The translations under genes were made by a program, and so were the position numbers. A model generated the notes under the pieces. That model did no database searches. It had not been told where the DNA came from and worked only from the letters and a program-made list of their open reading frames with translations. From NCBI RefSeq assembly GCF_009914755.1, contig NC_060925.1: a stretch of 64,000 nucleotides of DNA; one strand, 5' to 3'. The stretch comes from the human T2T-CHM13v2.0 reference genome, Homo sapiens. This document shows, piece by piece, positions 56,805 to 64,000 of the stretch (the first letter of the stretch is position 1; each line of letters opens with the position of its first letter).

Positions 56805-56919
56805 TTTTTAGTAGAGATGGGGTTTCACCATGATGGTCTGGCTGGTCTCAAACTCCTGACCTTGTGATCCGCCTCTCTCCCAAAGTGCTGGGATTACAGG
56901 TGTGAGCCACTGCGCCCAG
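56805..56919 (-). mobile_element. Alu left monomer only, with a 16-bp TSD
   Basis: agaaaaaaag(g/a)ttctt at 56791-56806 and 56920-56935; the Alu ends at the central A-rich linker. Confidence 0.88.
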
Positions 56920-57479
56920 AGAAAAAAAGATTCTTATTAGGAAAACAAATGAAGGTTTTAAAACATGCTTCTATAGAAATATAGAAGATATTAATATATA
57001 TATGGAAAATTATATAATTAGAAAAATGATATAATTGGAAAAATTGTCAGTTTCAGGAAGGCTACTGGCTGAAAAGACTAATGCATAATATTAATGACAA
57101 ATTACTTTAATTCATATGTTAATGTGGCATATATGTATATATAGAGATACATGCGTATATATTTGGAAGTCACTATAACGTGTATCAGTGGCAACATAGA
57201 AATCAGTACGATTAGGCCCCTGCCTTAAGGAGATTTTAGTTTGGGAAGCAAAGCAAAAGACTAAACCTAGTTTATAGCAGATAAAAAAGAGCAGTGGGTA
57301 AATATTTCCTAAAAAGAAGTACTAGGGGATTAAAACTGAAGAAATTACTCTCAAAAGGTATTATCAAGTAAAGCTTCATGAGAAAGGTGATGTTTAGTGA
57401 ATATATTATTGTTACTGGTTATAACAATAACAACAATACTTAATAATATTTATAAACTATTTATTCCAGATATTGTTGA

Positions 57480-57695
57480 CTGTGGAACTAGAATTCATGG
57501 ATTCAAAATCCACCTCTGTCACTTACGATATGTAACTGCTTATCCACCTGCAAAATGAGGATACTGATAGCAACTATCTTATGTCACAATAGAAAGTTTT
57601 AGGTTAAATGAGTTTAAAATATGTCAAATTAATTAAAATTTCTAAAACATAATATTGGCACGTAGTAAGCACTTTATGAAGTATTTGTTAAATTA
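57480..57695 (+). mobile_element. MIR SINE
   Basis: cacctgcaaaatgaggatactgatagcaactatctt…tggcacgtagtaagcact. Confidence 0.7.
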
Positions 57696-58434
57696 ATACT
57701 TAAATATATTTATATGGATTTAAGTGGAAATTTCAATAATGTGCATGCACCACGAAGCGCTGATTTATTGGTCAAGACTGAAAGCTACTATTCGTGCACT
57801 ATAGGAGAGGGAAGTAGTGAGGCAAAATGATCAGATATTTGAAGTGATCGAATAATAGCCGATAAGAAAAACTAAATGTTTTTGATATACTTTTTGTTCT
57901 CTGCAAAGCATCCATCTGAAAAACAGAAAGATTATGCAAGTTTACTCACTATGTATTTCTTTTTTTTCCGGTAAACCTAATTATTTCCTAACTACAAAAA
58001 AAAAGACCTCTTGGGAATAGAAGACATAATGCTGTCTTCTAAAAATAAAAATTAAAAAACTGTTTTTTCAAACCAAACAATCAGAAATCATGGGTAGCTA
58101 ATATTGTCTTTATCAAAAACATTTCCTGTTTGCTTAAATAAATATTATATCCTCCAAAGGAACAAAGCCTTAAACTAAGCAGTTCTTTGAGTGTTATGTA
58201 AGTCCACATTTTTGGGTTCTGGAAGGTCTGGCACTAGGTTAAGCATGTGTGATATTTTCTCTTTAGCTGAGAGCAGGTCTCTCACTAAGCTATTGCTCCT
58301 TGATGACCAAGTCTATCTCTTATTCACTATATTATATCTACCTACATTAGTGCCTAGCACATTCACACATGAATGAATAAACAATTAAACACAAAAATGG
58401 TACACAAAGCCTAGAAAGTACACTGTGCCTAGTT

Positions 58435-58620
58435 TAGGGAGACCAAATAGATGAGACCCAGTGAAGTCAGGATTTTCAGATAAACAATGAATAACTTTTA
58501 GTGTGAGTATCTCTCAAATATTGCATGGGGTATACTTACACTAAAAATTATTCATTGCTATCTGAAAATCTGATTTCACTGGGTGACTTGTATTTTTATT
58601 AGCTAACTCTGTTAACTCTA
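58435..58620. mobile_element. MER53 palindromic hAT-like MITE
   Basis: tagggagacca…ttaactcta ends; internal inverted repeat 58457-58516 / 58526-58583; 8-bp TSD g(c/t)ctagtt at 58427-58434 and 58621-58628. Confidence 0.88.
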
Positions 58621-58654
58621 GTCTAGTTATTGTAATTAAATTAAGGTTTACACA

Positions 58655-60195
58655 TTTATTCAATTATCTAGTTATCAACAAGTATTGATTGCTTCCTTAA
58701 ATTATTAAATGATGTATTCCCTGCCTACCAAGTGCCAGGACTTATAAATAACACTGGCAGATTCTCACTTCATAGAGCACTTATTTCAGTGGGAGACTGG
58801 GAGAGATGAAAAATAAATAAGTGAAGTATTAAATTGGCAAGGTAATTTCAGTTAATGATAAGTGTCATGAAAAAAATCAAGCAAGATGATAAAGTAGAGA
58901 GTGAAGGATGGATCAAGATCTACCTTGGGTAAAGCGTGCAGAAAGGCATCATTAAATGATGTAAAGAAGCAGTAGTATAAAGAGCCAGAAAAAGAGCACA
59001 AAAGGAAGAAGAAACAGCAAGCACAAAGGACCCTGGGCAGAAATGAATTCGAATATTACAGGAAAAGAATGAAAACCAATTAGATTGCAGTGAGCAGAGG
59101 GCTGAGAAGTGGTGAAAACGTAGTACAAGAAGAATCAAGAGCCAAAGCATGAAGCAACTTGCATTGCATGGGATGGCATTTGGATTTTATTCAAGTTGAG
59201 TGGGAACCACTAGACTGATGCGATCTGAAATACTTTGTTGTTGTTGTTTGTTTGTTTTCTTTATTTCTTCTAAAATAAAAGGGATACATGTGCAGAATGT
59301 GCAGGTTTGTTACATAAGCATATGTGTGCCATAGTGGTTTGCTGCACCTATTGACCTGTCTTCTAAGTTCCCTCCCCTCAACCCTCAACCCCCAACATGC
59401 CCTGGTGTGTGTTGTTCCCCTGTCTGTGTCCACGTGTTCTCAATGTTAAACTCCCAGTTATGAATGAGAATATGTGTGTTTGGTTTTCTGTTCTAGTGTT
59501 AGTTTGCTGAGAATGATGGCTTCCAGCTTCATCCATGTGCCTGTAAAGGACATGATCTCATTCCTCTTTATGGGTGCATAGTATTCCATGGTGTATATAT
59601 ATATACCACATTTTCTCTATCCAGTCTATCATTGATAGGCATTTGTGTTGGTTCCATGTCTTTGCTATTGTAAACAGTGCTGCAATAAACATGCATGCAC
59701 ATGTGTCTTTATACTAGAATGATTTCTATTCCTTTGGGTATATACCCAGTAATGGGATTGCTGGGTCAAATGGTATTTCTGGTTCTAGATCCTTGAGGAA
59801 TTGCCATACTGTCTTCCACAATGGTTAAACTAATTTACATTCCCACCAACAGTGTAAAAGCGTTTCTATCTCTCCACAGCCTCACTAGCATCTATTGTTT
59901 CCTGACTTTTTAATAATTGCCATTCTGACTGGCATGAGGTGGTACCTCATTGTGGTTTTGATTTGCATTTTTCTGATTATCTGTGATGTTGACCTGTCTG
60001 ATCTGAAATATTTCTACAAGACCCTTTGGAATGCTGTGTGGAAAATGAATGGGTATGGTGGGAGGGTAGGAGTGGAGGTGTAGCACCAATTAGAAGGTTG
60101 GGGTCAACATAGATGCGTAACAGGCTGTGACTAAGGGGGGTGAATTGGAATCCATGTTGAAGGTAGAAGTAATAGAACTTATGAATGATTTTTAA
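58655..60195 (-). mobile_element. L2 LINE, split by the L1 at 59234-59992
   Basis: cctaccaagtgccagg…ttggattttattcaagttgagtgggaaccact; resumes as aagaccctttggaatgctgtgtggaaaatgaat. Confidence 0.7.
59234..59992 (-). mobile_element. L1PA8A/10-like 3' end
   Basis: gggatacatgtgcagaatgtgcaggtttgttacata…ctaagttccctcccctc; TSD gatctgaaata at 59222-59232 and 60000-60010. Confidence 0.92.
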
Positions 60196-60305
60196 CTCTG
60201 GAATCGGAGAAGAGTAGCGAGAGAAGGAGAGAAAGCCACTTGTTTTCTATGTATGCCCTGTATATCAGGTAGAATAAATTGATCTTCTTTGTCCTTCATT
60301 CTTAG

Positions 60306-60491
60306 TTGCCTATATTGGCATCATCGGTGGTTAGCCTCTATTTCCTCGAACTCACAGATGTCTTCAAACCTGTGCACTCTGGATTTAGCTGCTATGACCG
60401 GAGTCTTAGCATGCCATACATTGAACCAACCCAGGAGGCAATTCCATTCCTCATGTTGCTTAGCTTGGCTTTTGCTGGACCTGCAATTACG
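60306..60491 (+). CDS. PLPPR4: PLPPR4 coding exon 2 (186 nt, 62 codons; hydrophobic segments plus PAP2-family GFxCxDxSL-x-PY loop)
   Basis: Acceptor tcttctttgtccttcattcttag|TTG and donor ACG|gtaaga. Translates [62 protein letters not shown], in frame with exon 1. Confidence 0.97.
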
Positions 60492-61080
60492 GTAAGAATT
60501 ACCCCCAAAATTGTGTTTATCTGTCCTGGAAAACTAAAAATCACCACATTTGTATAATAAATGGGTTCAAAGCAAACAAAACGTGAACTCTAAATCCTAA
60601 ATCAAAGTCATGTCTTTGAGATATATTGACAGTATCATGTGGAAGTTAATAGCTTAACATTATTGGCATTAAAATTTAAACATTTTATGATTGGAGAAAT
60701 GATTGATTCCTAGTGTTTATTTTTATTAATCATTATGAAAAGTTTTGTAACTTTATAATTCACTTTGAATGGCTAATAGGACATTTCTGATATACTTCCT
60801 AATTAACTTACTTTACATGTGTTTATTTAGTATCTGAAGCCTGAAAAAATGGGGGAGAAATTACATAGCCAAAAGTGCATTTGCTATCACTCACAGTTTT
60901 ATTTCTTACTAGATTATCACTGTTTATTGATTATGGATACTGAGCATAAATAATTATAAAGATATAAAAACTCATTCCAGCCATGCATGCATGCACACAT
61001 ACACATACATACAGACATACTCAAATAATAAACTGTTTTATATTCAGAAAAGGCATTTTCATTTTAAAATATGTTCATGA

Positions 61081-61282
61081 ATTCAAAATAGCTAGAAGAG
61101 AATAATTTAAATGTTCCTAGCATAAAGAAAAGATAAATATATAAGATGACGAATATCCTAATTACTTTGATATGATCTTTACATGTTATATTAATGTATC
61201 AAATTATCAGCTATACCCTGAAAAGATGTACATCTATCATGTATCAATAAAAAATCTAAAATAAATAACTAAATAAATAAAA
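61081..61282 (+). mobile_element. L1MA 3' UTR tip
   Basis: ttcaaaatagctagaagaga…aatgttcctagcataaagaaaagataaat…tatcaataaaaaa. Confidence 0.8.
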
Positions 61283-62011
61283 TATGTACATAAAGAAATG
61301 CTCTAATGTACTGGAACTGAATTCAAAACATAGTTGTTTTTAATGTGTTAATATACATTGTGAGTAACACACTTTTAGATAAATCTATTAATAAATAAGA
61401 CTGGCCAACCCTTTTCACCACCTCTTTTGCCCCAAAAATACTACCTAAGAGGACAAGAAACACTTTTCAAGGGAAATGGTATTTACTTCTACAGTGAAAA
61501 ACTCTTGTTTTGCTTTTAGCATGTTCATGAATGTCAAAGGAAATGGCTATTAAATTAAAAGCTTTATTTGAAAGCTCCACATTCTAATGAATTCGCCTAT
61601 TCAGGTTCAGTACAGCAGAGTTTAAGAAGAGTCTCTGCACAGATGTTCTAAACTCTATATTTTTATGTAGCTATGGATTTTTTAATTCCCCAATATTAAA
61701 TAATTATAATATGCTGTTTACAATTTAAATACATAGTGTATAAAATATTCTCAGAAGATAAAATTGAAACTTAATTTTCATAGAACTTTATCATATTTGA
61801 AAGGTCTCTAAACACTTTAAAAATTAATGAGTTATTCTATAGTGACTGTCAGATTACTAGAACTATTAATAATGTACTTGGAAGAAGCTGAGACTTTGAG
61901 ACTAATAAAACATTCTTGGAGTGCGATATTGCTCAGAATAACATTATTTTCCTATTATTTACTGAAGTTTTAACAAAAAATTCATATTATACAGTCATTT
62001 TACCAGGGCAG

Positions 62012-64000
62012 AAAAACAGAACTAAAGACAAAAGCCACATGATTATCTCAATAGATGCGGAAAAGGTTTTCAATAAAATTTGACATACCTTCATGTTAAA
62101 AACTCTCAATAAACTAGGTATTGAGGGAACATACCTCAAAATAATAACAGCCATGTATGACAAACCCAAACATCATACTGAATGGGCAAAAGCTTGAAGC
62201 ATTCCCCATTGAAAAACAGCACAAGACAAGGATGAACTCTCTCACCACTCCTATTCAACCTAGTATTAAATTCTGGCCAGAGCAATCAGACAAGAAAAAG
62301 AAATAAAGTGGATTCAAACAGGAAGAGAAGTAAGACTATTGCTGACTAGTCACCAGATGGCATGATCCAATGTCTAGAAAACCCCATTGTCTCAGTCCAA
62401 AAGCTTCTTAAGCTGATAAGCAGCTTCAGCAAAGGCTCAGGATACAAAACTATTGTGCAAAAATCACTAGCAATCCTATACCCCAACAACAGTTAAGCTG
62501 AGAGCCAAATCAAAAAAGAACTCCCATTCACAACTGCCACAGAAAGAATGAAATATCTAGGAATACAGCTAACAAGAGAAGTGAAAGAGCTCTGCAAGGA
62601 GAACTACAAACTACTGCTCAAATAAATCAGAGATGACACAAACAAATGGAAAAATATTCCATACTCATGGATAGAAAGAATCAATATCATGAAAATGGCC
62701 ATACCATCCAAAGCAATTTATATATTCAATGCTATTCCCATTGAACTACCAATGATGTTCTTCATAGAACTAGAAAAATCTATTTCAAAATTCATATGGA
62801 ACCAAAAAAGACCCCAAAGAGCCAAGGTAATCCTAAGAAAAAAGAACAAAGCTGGAGGCATCACATTACCCAAGTTCAAATTATACTACAGGGCTACAGT
62901 AACCAAAACAGCATGGTACTGGTACAAGAACAGAGACATAGATCAATGGAACAGAATAGGAAACCTAGAAATAAGACTGCACACCTACAACTATCTGATC
63001 TTTGACAATCCTGACAAAAACAAGCAATAGGGAAAGGATTCCCTATTCAATAAATGATGCTGGGATAACTGGCTAGCCATATGCAGAAAATTGAAACTGG
63101 ACCCCTTCCTTACACCATATACAAAAATCAACTCAAGATGAATTAAAGACTTACATGTAAAACCCAACACTATAAAAACCCTGGAAGAAAACTTAGGCAG
63201 TACCATTCAAGTCATAGGCACAGGCAAAGATTTCATGATGAAGACATCAAAAGCAATTGCAACAAAAGCAAAAATTGAAAAATGGGATCCAATTAAACTA
63301 GAGAGCTTCTGAACATCAAAATAAACTTCCAACAGAGTAAAAAGACAACCTACAGAATGGGAGAAAATTTTTGCAAATTATGCATCTAAAAAAGGTCTAA
63401 TATCTAGCATTTGTAAGAAACTTAAACAAATTTACCAAAAAAAAACAATTAAAAAGTGGGCAAAGGACATGAACAGACACTTCTCAAAAGAGGGCATACA
63501 TGCAGCCAACTAGCATATGATAAAAAAGCTCAACATCACTGATCATTAGAGAAATGCAAATCAAAACGAAAATGACATACTATCTCACACCAGTCAAAAT
63601 GGCTATTATTAAAAAGTCAAAAAATATTAGATGGTGGTGAGGTTGTGGAGAAAAAGGAACGCTTATACACTGTTGTGGGTTCAACCATTGTGAAAGACAG
63701 AGTGGTGATTCCTCAAAGACCTAAAGTCAGAACTACCATTCAACCCACCAATCCCATTACTGGGTATATACCCAAAGGAACATAAATCATTCTATTATAA
63801 AGACACATGTACACGTATATTCATTGCAGCACTATTCACAATAGCAAAGACATGGAATCAGCCTAAATGCCAATCAATTATAGACTGGATAAAGAAAATG
63901 TGGTACATATACACCATGGAATACTATGCAGCCATAAAAAAATGAAATCATGTCGTTTGCAGGGACATGGATGGAGCTGGAGGCCATTATCTTTAGCAAA
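62012..64000 (+). mobile_element. L1P ORF2 (RT to C-terminus), 5'-truncated and disrupted; continues past the window end
   Basis: ORF 62689-63030 is L1 ORF2 (…NAIPIELP…FIWNQKR…[30 protein letters not shown]); multiple stops and frameshifts. Confidence 0.95.

Noticed and set aside
62689-63030. 113-aa ORF and similar ORFs at 24137, 32822 and 41482
   Set aside because: Fragments of disrupted L1 sequence (mostly ORF2), not independent genes.

Overview
This is AT-rich, repeat-dense human genomic DNA; a near-consensus AluYa5 supports human origin. It contains the 5' end of PLPPR4 (LPPR4/PRG-1, a neuronal lipid-phosphate-phosphatase-related protein) on the + strand: a CpG-island promoter (~36540-37340), coding exon 1 (in-frame ATGs at 36791 and 36935, donor after 37012), a 23.3 kb intron 1, a 186-nt phase-0/0 exon 2 (60306-60491) and the start of intron 2. 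The 36 kb upstream and both introns are mostly Alu, L1, L2, MIR, CR1/L3, LTR and DNA-transposon relics, including a full-length dead Hsmar2 mariner, MER53 and MER58A. Apart from the two PLPPR4 exons and decayed transposon frames, the ORF track is noise. I see no evidence for a new protein-coding system. The best leads are RNA-level and are inferences: (1) two sense-strand (UG)24 tracts, each next to a candidate poison cryptic exon (possible TDP-43 control); (2) exon 2 bracketed by inverted L1s and stop-free in two frames if circularised; (3) a MER53 hairpin whose arms appear to have co-evolved; (4) a start-stop ATGTGA between the two start codons. Repeat subfamily names and consensus comparisons are recalled from memory, and old-repeat boundaries are approximate.
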